Shown: positions 54,307 to 63,564 of the stretch, piece by piece
How the letters are laid out: every line of letters starts with the position of its first letter
How positions within the stretch are numbered: position 1 is the first letter of the stretch
The notes under the pieces: model-generated
Told to the model about the DNA's origin: nothing
The model's input: only the letters and a program-made list of their open reading frames with translations
Databases searched by the model: none
NCBI GenBank assembly: GCA_002721815.1
Contig: PBLQ01000001.1
Span: forward strand, 288,317-352,316
DNA length: 64,000 nt
DNA from: Myxococcales bacterium
Lineage (GTDB): Bacteria > Myxococcota > UBA727 > GCA-2721815
Direction: 5' to 3'
Translations under genes and position numbers: made by a program

Positions 54307-54828
54307 TCACGATTCAGGCGTTGACTTTTTTCTTGGCTCAAAACGGTAACCACACCCCTTCATTAAGGATGGTTGTCCGAAATAGTCGATGCGCGGCCAC
54401 GTTCGACAAACCACCGGACGGAAGGCATAGTTGTCGCACCGACCTTCGGCCGTGAGGTGTCGACATGAATAAATCCGCATCTGCTGACCTTCAGGGGCCT
54501 CCACTTCAAAGCTTCGCTCGTAAAAACCGTTCACTTCCGTGGCCCACCAATGAAAAAATGGCCATTTGTGCAAGCCCGACTTTTGCTGGGCCAAATAGCG
54601 ACAACACCTGCCCGACATTTGGCATTGACCGAGGCGTCGGTGCGGCGGGCGAACGAGCATGCGTAACAGGGCTTGGCACGCCAAATCCAACCGCATGAAC
54701 GGGTAAATCAAAATTTGAATCATTAAACGGGCGAACCGCGGCAATCGCTGGGGTGGGAGGCCGCCTGCCGGTGGGGCAACACGCCGGTCGGCACCATTGG
54801 ACTCGATGATCTTAAAGACATGACTCAT
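54307..54828 (-). CDS. YkgJ-family (CxxCxxCC-type) putative zinc/iron-chelating Cys-cluster protein
   Basis: GQCQMSGRCCRYL... and later CRHLTAEGRCDNYAFRPVVCRTWP (C...C..Y..RP..CR.(F/W)P tail typical of the family). The true start may be an internal Met. Confidence 0.55.
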   Translation of the reverse strand: MSHVFKIIESNGADRRVAPPAGGLPPQRLPRFARLMIQILIYPFMRLDLACQALLRMLVRPPHRRLGQCQMSGRCCRYLAQQKSGLHKWPFFHWWATEVNGFYERSFEVEAPEGQQMRIYSCRHLTAEGRCDNYAFRPVVCRTWPRIDYFGQPSLMKGCGYRFEPRKKSTPES

Positions 54829-55001
54829 TGTTATGTTTTACCACTTCAAAGACCTGCCAGACACCGCTTTAACCTAAAAGCCATCATAAACGCTGGTTAG
54901 GGTCGTTCTAAAGTCCCCGTTGAGCTACCCTTTTTGAGGTAGACTGTTTTTGAGCTTTCTGGCACACTCAGCACACCCTTAATTCCGCCTAGGAGTCCCC
55001 T

Positions 55002-56471
55002 GTGTCAGAAACGCATCCCCCCAGAAAACGCTCTCGCTTAATTGGGCCGGTGCTTCTGCTTTTACTGCTCATTCCTTGGTATTGGTACAACCAAGAAATC
55101 GCCGACCAAACCACTGAATTCGCCGAACGCACCATTGCACTTTTGAAATATGGTTTCGGGATTACCATTTGGTTATCCGTGGCCTGGTTCCTTATTCGAA
55201 CCCTCGAAGTCTTCTTTTGGGAAGGGTTTTTGGCGGCCAAATTAGGAACCAAAGTGCCTCGCCTCCTCAAAGATGTGGTGGCGGTTTTGATCTTTTTTGT
55301 GGCAATCACCGGCATCGTGGCCACTGTTTTTGATCAAAAGGTCACCGAGCTCCTCGCCTTAACCGGTGCTTTGGGTTTCGTGGTGGGCTTGGCACTGCAA
55401 ACCATGATCAGCGATGTGTTTCAGGGCATCGCCATCAACATCGATCGACCATTTCGAATCGGCGACTGGGTTCGCATTCACCAAAGAAGCATTCCCGCCA
55501 TGATCGGGTGTGTTCAAGAAGTCAACTGGCGATCCACACGCTTCAAAACCACCGATGGTACCCTGCTGGTCATTCCCAACCACATCATTGCCACCTTAAC
55601 TCTACAAAACTTGTCGCTCCCCCAAGAACGCTCTCGGTTTGACTTAATTTTCTGCTTGGACTTCGCGGTGCCACATGAACGTGCGTTGCGGATTTTACGG
55701 GCCGGCGCGCTGGCAGCCCAAGGTCCTTTACAAGATCCTGCCCCTAAAGTCCGTGTGAATGGCGTTAACAACTTCGGGGTGGAATACAAAGTTCGGTACT
55801 GGCTTTTGCCAAGAGACATGTCGCCCGACAAAGGACGGCATGCCATCTCCTCGAGCATTTTATCTCATTTGCATCAAGCGGGCTTAACTTTGGCGTACCA
55901 AAAACAAGATATTTTTTACGCTGAGATGCCACCACGTCATCTGAATTTCAGAACCGATAAGAAGAGCTTGCTCTCCAGGATTGAGCTTTTCAAAGATCTC
56001 GAAGATGATGAACTGGGCGAACTGTCAAAAAGTGTGGAGCAACAATCCTACAAAGCAGGTGACAATGTGGTAAAGCGAGGCGGGCAAGGAACCTCCATGT
56101 ACATCTTGGTGGAAGGCCTGCTGAATGTATTTGCACCCGTGAATGGCGATGACACTGAAATCAAAGTGGCCCAAATCACGCCTGGGCAGTTTTTTGGCGA
56201 AATGTCTTTGCTCACCGGTGAACACCGATCAGCCACCGTTACGCCACAAACCGACGTGGAAGTATATGAGATCACGAAAGAACACGTGGAAGCCCTGCTT
56301 CAAAAACGGCCAGAACTGGCCGAGCTGCTCTCACGGACCGTTGCCGAGCGACGCATGCGCAACGAACAAGTGGGCCAAGATCTCAACAAAGAACAAAAAG
56401 AAGAGCAAACCCAAAGCCTGGCAGATCAATTGCTGGGTAAGATGAAAACCTTCTTCAAGTTTCTTTCTTAA
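55002..56471 (+). CDS. Mechanosensitive channel (MscS family) fused to a C-terminal cyclic-nucleotide-binding (CAP-like) domain
   Basis: RBS aggag, GTG start at 55002. 3 TM helices. MscS signature region VFQGIAINIDRPFRIGDWVRI...GCVQEVNWRSTRFKTTDGTLLVIPN. cNMP-binding: FKDLEDDELGELSKSVEQQSYKAGDNVVKRGGQGTSMYILVEGLL...FFGEMSLLTGEHRSATVTPQTDVEVYEI. Confidence 0.85.
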   Translation: MSETHPPRKRSRLIGPVLLLLLLIPWYWYNQEIADQTTEFAERTIALLKYGFGITIWLSVAWFLIRTLEVFFWEGFLAAKLGTKVPRLLKDVVAVLIFFVAITGIVATVFDQKVTELLALTGALGFVVGLALQTMISDVFQGIAINIDRPFRIGDWVRIHQRSIPAMIGCVQEVNWRSTRFKTTDGTLLVIPNHIIATLTLQNLSLPQERSRFDLIFCLDFAVPHERALRILRAGALAAQGPLQDPAPKVRVNGVNNFGVEYKVRYWLLPRDMSPDKGRHAISSSILSHLHQAGLTLAYQKQDIFYAEMPPRHLNFRTDKKSLLSRIELFKDLEDDELGELSKSVEQQSYKAGDNVVKRGGQGTSMYILVEGLLNVFAPVNGDDTEIKVAQITPGQFFGEMSLLTGEHRSATVTPQTDVEVYEITKEHVEALLQKRPELAELLSRTVAERRMRNEQVGQDLNKEQKEEQTQSLADQLLGKMKTFFKFLS

Positions 56472-56541
56472 CTTTTCGCCTGAAACCAGGATATGTGGTT
56501 TTCATAGAGCCTCATCAAAGAGTGCCGAATTATCGAATTCG

Positions 56542-57495
56542 TTACCCAACAAAGCCCTCGAGAAAGTCCTCCATACCGCTGCCTTGCTCATCGGGAAAAC
56601 CATATCCACTTTTGGCGACTTCGCCATTTTCATATAGGATAAAGTAAGGTGAAGAGGTCACCCCTTCTTCCCCGGCCAACCTGGTAATTTCTTCCATGTT
56701 GGGGTCATGCGGGTTCCACCACAATTTTTTCACCGTCAATTCGTCTGCATATTTTTTAGCCAAAGCTGGGACCGAACCGAGTTGTTCGAGCAATAAACAA
56801 TGGGCGCAATAGGTCAGTCCATATTTTACCAAAACAGGCTTATGGAAAGAGGCTTCCAAAACATCTTTATTGAATGCTGCTCGAGACTCAATGGTGTTGG
56901 CAGCATTCCATGCCTCTGCCCCGTCAATGGTCATCATGTCTCGTGGTGAGTATGGGTAATGTGCGCCTTCGCCTCGGGCCATCCGCGAGTGAATCTCTTT
57001 TTGAAGCAATCGTAACTTTTGAATGAACTTCCAGTTTTGCAACCGCGATATTTGCTGCTCAGGGTCTTGGCTGGTGGACAAATACCGTTGCCCATAAACC
57101 GCGAGCTGTTCTTCTACTTCGCGCAATGACAATTGACCATCCCCTCGCCCTGACGTGCTTTTGTCGATGTACCAAGATAAAACTTCAAAGAACTTTTGAT
57201 CTTGATGTTCTTCATCAGGCATTTTGGGGTTTAGTACCGCCGCCCACAGAGGGGACAGGTGCTCACGCGGTTCGGGTGCACTCACCACGTGATCAATATA
57301 GGTTTTTAATTCTTCGTCCGTCCAACCATCAGTTGCGAATTCATCGTGAATGTCTTGTATGCTGGGCGGGGCTTCCACCGGTGTCGTGGTCCCGGTATTG
57401 GGTGTTTCAGCACTTTCGGACGCTGTAGGGGCATGACCAGAAGCCGAAGTATTGGCGGTGGTAGATGTGGAGCCAGTGTTGTTGATGTTGGGCAT
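56542..57495 (-). CDS. Protein with a disordered Thr/Ser/Pro-rich N-terminus and a C-terminal thioredoxin-fold domain (CxxC)
   Basis: N-terminus MPNINNTGSTSTTANTSASGHAPTASESAETPNTGTTTPVEAPP. C-terminus ...VKYGLTYCAHCLLLEQLGSVPALAKKYADELTVKKLWWNPHDPNMEEITRLAGEEGVTSSPYFILYENGEV (CAHC, cis-Pro-like SSPY, thioredoxin-like layout). Confidence 0.55.
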   Translation of the reverse strand: MPNINNTGSTSTTANTSASGHAPTASESAETPNTGTTTPVEAPPSIQDIHDEFATDGWTDEELKTYIDHVVSAPEPREHLSPLWAAVLNPKMPDEEHQDQKFFEVLSWYIDKSTSGRGDGQLSLREVEEQLAVYGQRYLSTSQDPEQQISRLQNWKFIQKLRLLQKEIHSRMARGEGAHYPYSPRDMMTIDGAEAWNAANTIESRAAFNKDVLEASFHKPVLVKYGLTYCAHCLLLEQLGSVPALAKKYADELTVKKLWWNPHDPNMEEITRLAGEEGVTSSPYFILYENGEVAKSGYGFPDEQGSGMEDFLEGFVG

Positions 57496-57660
57496 AAGCA
57501 GTCCTTCTCTAAGACGCGGATCTTACCGCTAACCACCATAAAAATCCAGATGAACCCGGTTACAAATCCAATGACCCTCATTTCTTTTGTAGGAGCTAAG
57601 GTTGTGAGCAGGCCAACCAATGGGCTAAACTGTCGATATCCAAAAACAAAAGGAAGCATT

Positions 57661-60600
57661 ATGGCCCGTTTATTGATATTTGCTGCGATTGTCGTCTGGA
57701 CGGGCTGTCCCCAAGAAGAAGATCCGCCTCCGCAACCTAAACCCCCAGCCATTGAGCCATGCTCAGCCAGTAACCCCTGTGAATTTGGTCTTGTTTGTAT
57801 CGATGGCATTTGCGAAGCGGCTCCCGAAGCTCCACCCACCGACATTTTCGAAGATGGCGGCGTCAACCCCGGGCCAGTCGATGATGCGGGCCCCCCTTGT
57901 GATGGCTGCGAAACGGGATTTGCCCCTGATGAAAACTGTGACTGTGTGGATATCAATGAATGCCTTGAAAACAATGGTGGATGCGAAGAAGCCTGTGTGA
58001 ACACGGAAGGCAGTTTTTTCTGTCAAAATGATGATGATGATGACGGTGTGGGGAACGGCGATGACAACTGCCGAGATGTTGTCAACCCCGATCAGGCCGA
58101 TGGCGATAATGATGGAATTGGGGACGTCTGTGATGATGACTTGGACGGCGACGGGCTTAAAGATGCCCTGGAGGAAGCTGTTGGGCTTGACCCCGAAGAC
58201 GATGATTCCGATGACGATGGGGTGATCGATGGGGCCGAATACGGCTGTGAAGAATTTGGTCAGGGCTGCCCTGATGCACCCGTTGACACCGATGAGGACG
58301 GCACCATTGACGCGCTCGATAACGACTCTGATGGAGATACAATTTTAGATGGTGAAGATAATTGCCGCACCATCCCCAATCCCGGCCAAGAAAATTTTGA
58401 TGGAGACCTGTACGGGGACGCGTGTGACACTGATAAAGATGGCGATCGCGTCTTGGCAGAACAAGATTGCGATGATGAAAACCCCACCATCGGCTCCATC
58501 CTACTAGACCCTGATTGCGACGGGGTTGCTGACGAAAAAGATTTTACGCCCAACTTTAGCGCAGGCTGGAAACACACCTGCGGAATTACCACCGACGGTG
58601 CCATACAATGCTGGGGCCTCGATAATGGCACCCAAACCACGGTGCCACTCACCAAAGACAATGAAATTTATACCGACTGGGTGGCCGTGAGCGCAGGGGG
58701 CAAGCACTCTTGCGGCATTCACAGCGACGGCACCATGCACTGCTGGGGCGGCAATACGCACGGCGAGACCAGCCTTCCTTTAAATGTTACCGGGAACCCG
58801 TACAACGATTGGGTGGCCGTGAGCGCAGGCGGCGAAGCCAACAGCGGTGGGTTCACATGCGGCATTCACAGCAACGGCGTTTTACAATGCTGGGGCAGAA
58901 ACCACCGGGGGCAAACCGACGTGCCCCTTGCAGCCACCGGAACTCCTTATCAAGATTGGGTGGCCGTCGAAGCGGGCTATGAGCACGCCTGTGGCTTGCA
59001 CAGCAATGGAAAAATACATTGCTGGGGCTGGAACATCAGCGAAAGCACTGTCGCCCCTGACACCGATGACTTTAAAGCCATTGGGGTGGGCTATGCGCAC
59101 TCTTGCGGTCAACATAACGATGGTCACATCGAATGCTGGGGCGTTGGCAGCGATGGGCAACTGAATGTTTCACTCACCGACGATGACGAAGTGATTACGG
59201 ACTGGAAGCAATACACCGTGGCCGGCTTTCAAAATTGCGGTCTACGCTCAGAAAACATACTCACTTGCTGGGGGAGCCAATACAACGGCGCAACTTTCAT
59301 TCCCACTCAAGATGGAAATGTGCCCTACGATGACTGGGTAGGGATAGAAGGCGGTCGCTACCACACCTGCGCGCAACACCATGATGGGTCACTGGACTGC
59401 TTTGGCTGGAACAGCGATGGCCAAACCGTTCCACCTCTCAACGTTCTTTTCAAAGTTCCCACCGAACCGGATAATTGTCCCGGACAATATAACCCCGAGC
59501 AAACCGATTCCGATGGTGATGGCTTTGGGGATTTATGCGATGGAGACTATGACAATGATGGGGTCCCCAATGACCTCGAACCCACTTATGGCCTTGATCC
59601 GAACAACCCTGACACAGACAACGATGGTATCTCTGATGGGGATGAGGTCCCCTGCATCGATAACACGTGTCCAGAAAATGCGGTGGATACCGATAACGAT
59701 GGAACGATTGACGCTTTAGATGATGACTCCGATAATGACACTGTACCGGATACAGAAGACAACTGCAGAACCGTGGTCAATACAGGGCAAGAAGATTTTG
59801 AAAATGATGGACTCGGTGACGCTTGTGACAACGATAAAGACGGTGATTTTGTCCTGACAGAGGACGACTGTGACGATTTCGATGCAAACATTGGACACTT
59901 AAGCCAAGACAGCGACTGCGACGGATTTCCCGATCGCGGCATGTTGCTCGAAGGAATTGTTGCCGGCGGCTATCAGCACACCTGTGCCCAACTCAACGAT
60001 TTTTCGGTCACCTGCTGGGGGCTCAACAACTATCTTCAAACCGAAGTGCCCACAGATTCCAACGGTGATGCTTACCGGGATTGGGCTTATTTGAGTGCTG
60101 GGTATAGCCACACCTGTGGCGTTCATTTTGATGGCACACTCTCCTGCTGGGGGGCCAATTACGATGGCCGTTGTGATGTGCCCACTCAAACCAATGGTGA
60201 ACCGTTCACCGATTGGATCATGGTGAGCGCCGGGTTTAGCTTTACCTGCGGGCTTCATGAAACCGGTGAGATTCAATGTTGGGGCAGTAACTTTGACGGA
60301 CAAACCGATGTGCCTGCCACCAACGAGGGCCAAACCACCCTCGACTGGACCTGGGTGGATTGTGGTGGTTTTCATTCATGTGGCCTTCACGAAGATGGGA
60401 CCGCTGAGTGTTGGGGTTCGAACGGCTCGCAACAAAGCTACTTTGGTGATCATGCGAATGACGATGACTGGGTAACCATCCGCGCCGGCCATGAACACAC
60501 TTGTGGGTTACACGAAGATGGCACAGGTCATTGCTGGGGCGGTTTCAATGCGCCATTTACCGTGCCGGAAAATACAATTTGGCGAAGCATTCATGCAGCG

Positions 60601-60930
60601 AAACAATTCAGCTGCGGGCAATTAACCAGCGGCGAAATCAACTGCTGGGGCGCCGTGAACAACCAAGGCGAGATGAATGTGCCCACCGCCAATGGCAATG
60701 CGGCCATCACCGACTGGTTGGGGCTAAGCAGTGTGGGCGAGCACAGTTGTGGTTTGCGAGCCAGCGGCAATCTTGAATGCTGGGGGCGTAACGATCACCT
60801 TCAGTCAGAGAATACTTTTGAAAGTACTTTGCAGTTCCCCAAACCAGCAGACAACTGTCCCCAAAACGCAAATCCAAATCAAGAAGACAGCGATGCGGAT
60901 GGGATTGGGGATGTGTGTGATTCAGATTAG
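57661..60930 (+). CDS. Lipoprotein (1089 aa) with an EGF-like Cys module and two alternating blocks of thrombospondin type-3 repeats followed by RCC1-like beta-propellers (TSP3-RCC1-TSP3-RCC1-TSP3)
   Basis: RBS aaggaag, ATG at 57661; the ORF caller's 57346 start overlaps the convergent upstream gene. Lipobox MARLLIFAAIVVWTGC. CVDINECLENNGGCEEACVNTEGSFFCQ. TSP3: DDDDDGVGNGDDNCRDVVNPDQADGDNDGIGDVCDDD and others. CWG repeats block 1 (IQCWGLDNGTQT, MHCWGGNTHGET, LQCWGRNHRGQT, IHCWGWNISEST, IECWGVGSDGQL, LTCWGSQYNGAT, LDCFGWNSDGQT). Block 2 (VTCWGLNNYLQT, LSCWGANYDGRC, IQCWGSNFDGQT, AECWGSNGSQQS, GHCWGGFNAPFT, INCWGAVNNQGE, LECWGRNDHLQS). Terminal DNCPQNANPNQEDSDADGIGDVCDSD. Confidence 0.85.
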   Translation: MARLLIFAAIVVWTGCPQEEDPPPQPKPPAIEPCSASNPCEFGLVCIDGICEAAPEAPPTDIFEDGGVNPGPVDDAGPPCDGCETGFAPDENCDCVDINECLENNGGCEEACVNTEGSFFCQNDDDDDGVGNGDDNCRDVVNPDQADGDNDGIGDVCDDDLDGDGLKDALEEAVGLDPEDDDSDDDGVIDGAEYGCEEFGQGCPDAPVDTDEDGTIDALDNDSDGDTILDGEDNCRTIPNPGQENFDGDLYGDACDTDKDGDRVLAEQDCDDENPTIGSILLDPDCDGVADEKDFTPNFSAGWKHTCGITTDGAIQCWGLDNGTQTTVPLTKDNEIYTDWVAVSAGGKHSCGIHSDGTMHCWGGNTHGETSLPLNVTGNPYNDWVAVSAGGEANSGGFTCGIHSNGVLQCWGRNHRGQTDVPLAATGTPYQDWVAVEAGYEHACGLHSNGKIHCWGWNISESTVAPDTDDFKAIGVGYAHSCGQHNDGHIECWGVGSDGQLNVSLTDDDEVITDWKQYTVAGFQNCGLRSENILTCWGSQYNGATFIPTQDGNVPYDDWVGIEGGRYHTCAQHHDGSLDCFGWNSDGQTVPPLNVLFKVPTEPDNCPGQYNPEQTDSDGDGFGDLCDGDYDNDGVPNDLEPTYGLDPNNPDTDNDGISDGDEVPCIDNTCPENAVDTDNDGTIDALDDDSDNDTVPDTEDNCRTVVNTGQEDFENDGLGDACDNDKDGDFVLTEDDCDDFDANIGHLSQDSDCDGFPDRGMLLEGIVAGGYQHTCAQLNDFSVTCWGLNNYLQTEVPTDSNGDAYRDWAYLSAGYSHTCGVHFDGTLSCWGANYDGRCDVPTQTNGEPFTDWIMVSAGFSFTCGLHETGEIQCWGSNFDGQTDVPATNEGQTTLDWTWVDCGGFHSCGLHEDGTAECWGSNGSQQSYFGDHANDDDWVTIRAGHEHTCGLHEDGTGHCWGGFNAPFTVPENTIWRSIHAAKQFSCGQLTSGEINCWGAVNNQGEMNVPTANGNAAITDWLGLSSVGEHSCGLRASGNLECWGRNDHLQSENTFESTLQFPKPADNCPQNANPNQEDSDADGIGDVCDSD

Positions 60931-60952
60931 CTCAGTCCCGACATGGGCTTTC

Positions 60953-61306
60953 CTAGGATTTTGTGCAGGCACCACAATCATCAGGTTCTTCGACCTTTTT
61001 TTCTGGTTCGCAACCTGAACATCCCGATGCTTTCCCATCCGCCACACCTTTTTCGCAGCCATCGTTGCAAGGCGCCTCACCCCCCTCAACCTTGCCACAA
61101 GAGTCACAATTTGATTTGTCACATTTCGTTGGCGCGGCCTTGGAAGGTTCAGCGGTGGCGGTTGCCTCGCCCGAAGTCGTGCCCTCGGTGATAGGTGCGG
61201 GAGCGGCATCTGTCTGTGTCGCAGTCTTTTCTTGTGTGGTGGCACATCCGACCAGACCAATGGCCAAAAGAGTCAAACATAGAAGCTTATGGATTTTAAA
61301 GCGCAC
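60953..61306 (-). CDS. Small Cys-rich lipoprotein (hypothetical; possible metal-binding)
   Basis: MRFKIHKLLCLTLLAIGLVGC lipobox. C-terminal KCDKSNCDSCGKVEGGEAPCNDGCEKGVADGKASGCSGCEPEKKVEEPDDCGACTKS (12 Cys in 57 aa). Confidence 0.6.
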   Translation of the reverse strand: MRFKIHKLLCLTLLAIGLVGCATTQEKTATQTDAAPAPITEGTTSGEATATAEPSKAAPTKCDKSNCDSCGKVEGGEAPCNDGCEKGVADGKASGCSGCEPEKKVEEPDDCGACTKS

Positions 61307-61515
61307 GGGCCCTCCCTAGATTATGAAATGGGGTGTCGCCCTATTATATCCATCGGTGTGCGTGGAACAACCGACCCGCTTAGATAACGCGTTCAATTTG
61401 AGCATTTTCCAGGTTAAACCTGCCCAAAAGCCCCATTTTCAAGCAAAACTTTGGATTTTTAGGCCCAAAACCATTACAAGTGACTCTCTTAGCTGAACCG
61501 GAGAGGAGTCGCAGA

Positions 61516-62046
61516 ATGAAACACTTGATGGGCTTATTAATCCTATCCTTCATCGTGGGCTGTGCCGGCTCCAATGGCGGCGTTGCCATCACCGGTGGGC
61601 GTGGGCCTGTTCCGGAACGCACCGCCCCCTTTTACCCGGGCGATATGGAAGCCTCCGATGACAATGCCGGCGAAACAGATGATCCAGCAACCCCCACACC
61701 ACCAACCCCCGAGACCATCATAAACGGTGGCGCGTGCGACAATACCTCCGATGAAGCGGCCATCGCGGACCTCAGCACCGGCGATAACGAGGCACTCAAC
61801 GACTGTGTTCAAAACTGTCTTTTCGCAACCGTCTCAGAAGAAGAAACCCTTTCGGGCTGTTACAGTAACTGCCTGGTGGAGGAAAGCCAGGTTTCCAGCG
61901 CCTGTGCCACCTGCTTTGGTGATGTGGTCGAATGTGAATTCGAAAGCTGCATGGATTGTGACAGCCGAGAGGAGTGTGACGCTTGCATGCAAACCAATTG
62001 CGCGCCTGATTTTGAAGACTGTGCGGGCATTGCCCTTCCCGACTGA
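61516..62046 (+). CDS. Small Cys-rich acidic lipoprotein (hypothetical)
   Basis: RBS gagaggag, ATG at 61516. MKHLMGLLILSFIVGC lipobox. C-terminal region with 16 Cys (CDNTSDEAAIADL...CVQNCLFATVSEEETLSGCYSNCLVEESQVSSACATCFGDVVECEFESCMDCDSREECDACMQTNCAPDFEDCAG). Confidence 0.65.
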   Translation: MKHLMGLLILSFIVGCAGSNGGVAITGGRGPVPERTAPFYPGDMEASDDNAGETDDPATPTPPTPETIINGGACDNTSDEAAIADLSTGDNEALNDCVQNCLFATVSEEETLSGCYSNCLVEESQVSSACATCFGDVVECEFESCMDCDSREECDACMQTNCAPDFEDCAGIALPD

Positions 62047-62094
62047 TTAAATCCCCCTTCCTTTGAAACTCAACAACCATAACGAGCAAAGAAC

Positions 62095-63417
62095 ATGACG
62101 TGTGAAGGGAAAGAAGTCATCGTTATTGGTGCCGGTCCCGCGGGATGTGCAGCAGCCTATAACCTCAGCCAAAAAGGACACCGTGTCACGTTGCTTGAGA
62201 AAGAAGCGGCGATCGGCGGACGCACGCGAACGCATCGCGATGAAAACTTTAAACTAGACACGGGCGCGGCCTTCATCACCAATTTTTACCCGCGCATATT
62301 CGCCCTCGCCAAAGAACTGGGCTTTGAATCATCGATTGCCGAATTGAGTCGGATTTCAGGTCTGCATTATGAAGGTCGTACCGCTGAACTCAACATTAGC
62401 TCCACCGCTTCTTTTTTGGCTTTCCCCTTCTTGGGCATGCTCGATAAGTTGAAGATGGGAAAATGGACCGCAGGCCTCACCCTCAAAAGAAAACAATTCG
62501 ATATTGGTGACCCCCAAACACTGCAACATTTCGATGCACGCTCAGTGGGTGAGCATGCGCGAACTCATCTCAATGAAAAAATTTATGACTTTCTAATTCG
62601 GCCAGGCATTGAGCCCTTCTGGTATTTTTCTTGTGAAGAGGTGTCTGAGGGCTTGGCTTTGGGGCTCAGCGCCCACGCCGCGGGCGCCAAATTTTACTAT
62701 TTTCAAGAGGGCATCGACGAGGTCTGTCAAAAACTCACCCGTCAAATCCAGGTTCAATGCAATGCCACGGTCTCACAGGTGACGTATACTGCCGGCAAAT
62801 TCCAAGTGACGGTGAAGGGACCTCAGGGCGAAGAAAGCCTCGAAGCAGATCGATTGGTACTGGCCACCACTGCCACCGTGGCCAACCGAATCACCTCACA
62901 GTTGCCCACCCAGCTGGTCAGCGATAACCAACGGGCTTTTTTACAATCTCAAAATTATGTGGCGAACATTCATCTCGCTTACAAGGTACCTCGGCTACAA
63001 AAAGCACCGCCCATGAGCTCTATCTTTCCGTGCGGCCCCGGCAATCACGCATTGGCGGCTTTATCATTTAACCGTATCAAAGACCCTCAACGCGACACCC
63101 GAGAACATGAACTGATTTCCCTGTATCTCTCGGGAGAAGAAAGTACCAAATACCTCGAACAACCCGACGAAAAAATTTACGAACGGGGCATTGAGCTGGC
63201 ACGGGAATTCTATCCAGATATCAATGCACAAGCAGAGCCCTACTATATCATTAGACGTCCTGAAGCCATTCCCGTACATGCCGTTGGCCGTTACCGCTTG
63301 GCCCACGCATTTCAACAAGAACAAAAAGCACGGGGCGGCCCTGTATTTTTCTGTGGCGATTATTTGGCCACAGCAACCATTGACGGTGCGGTGGCCACCG
63401 GCCTTTCCGTGGGCTAA
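62095..63417 (+). CDS. FAD-dependent oxidoreductase (amine oxidase / protoporphyrinogen-oxidase-like superfamily)
   Basis: N-terminal dinucleotide-binding motif VIVIGAGPAGCAAAYNLSQKGHRVTLLEKEAAIGGRTRT (GxGxxG...E...GGR). About 440 aa. C-terminal GDY...GAVATG region typical of this fold. Confidence 0.75.
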   Translation: MTCEGKEVIVIGAGPAGCAAAYNLSQKGHRVTLLEKEAAIGGRTRTHRDENFKLDTGAAFITNFYPRIFALAKELGFESSIAELSRISGLHYEGRTAELNISSTASFLAFPFLGMLDKLKMGKWTAGLTLKRKQFDIGDPQTLQHFDARSVGEHARTHLNEKIYDFLIRPGIEPFWYFSCEEVSEGLALGLSAHAAGAKFYYFQEGIDEVCQKLTRQIQVQCNATVSQVTYTAGKFQVTVKGPQGEESLEADRLVLATTATVANRITSQLPTQLVSDNQRAFLQSQNYVANIHLAYKVPRLQKAPPMSSIFPCGPGNHALAALSFNRIKDPQRDTREHELISLYLSGEESTKYLEQPDEKIYERGIELAREFYPDINAQAEPYYIIRRPEAIPVHAVGRYRLAHAFQQEQKARGGPVFFCGDYLATATIDGAVATGLSVG

Positions 63418-63564
63418 ACCGCTGTTTTTTTAATTCAGCCCATCCATCGATACGACTTCCGACCGATGTCTCAAAAGAGATCTATCTTTCCATGAAACAG
63501 ACAAATAGGTATGATGTGTGTATCAACCTATCGTTGTAGCCACATTGCAAACAAGGGGTGGTTC

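Noticed and set aside
54938-54956. Sigma-54-like TGGCAC element upstream of the MscS-cNMP gene
   Set aside because: The downstream GC element is 2 nt too close (TGGCACactcaGCAC). It does not satisfy the GG-N10-GC spacing of -24/-12 promoters.
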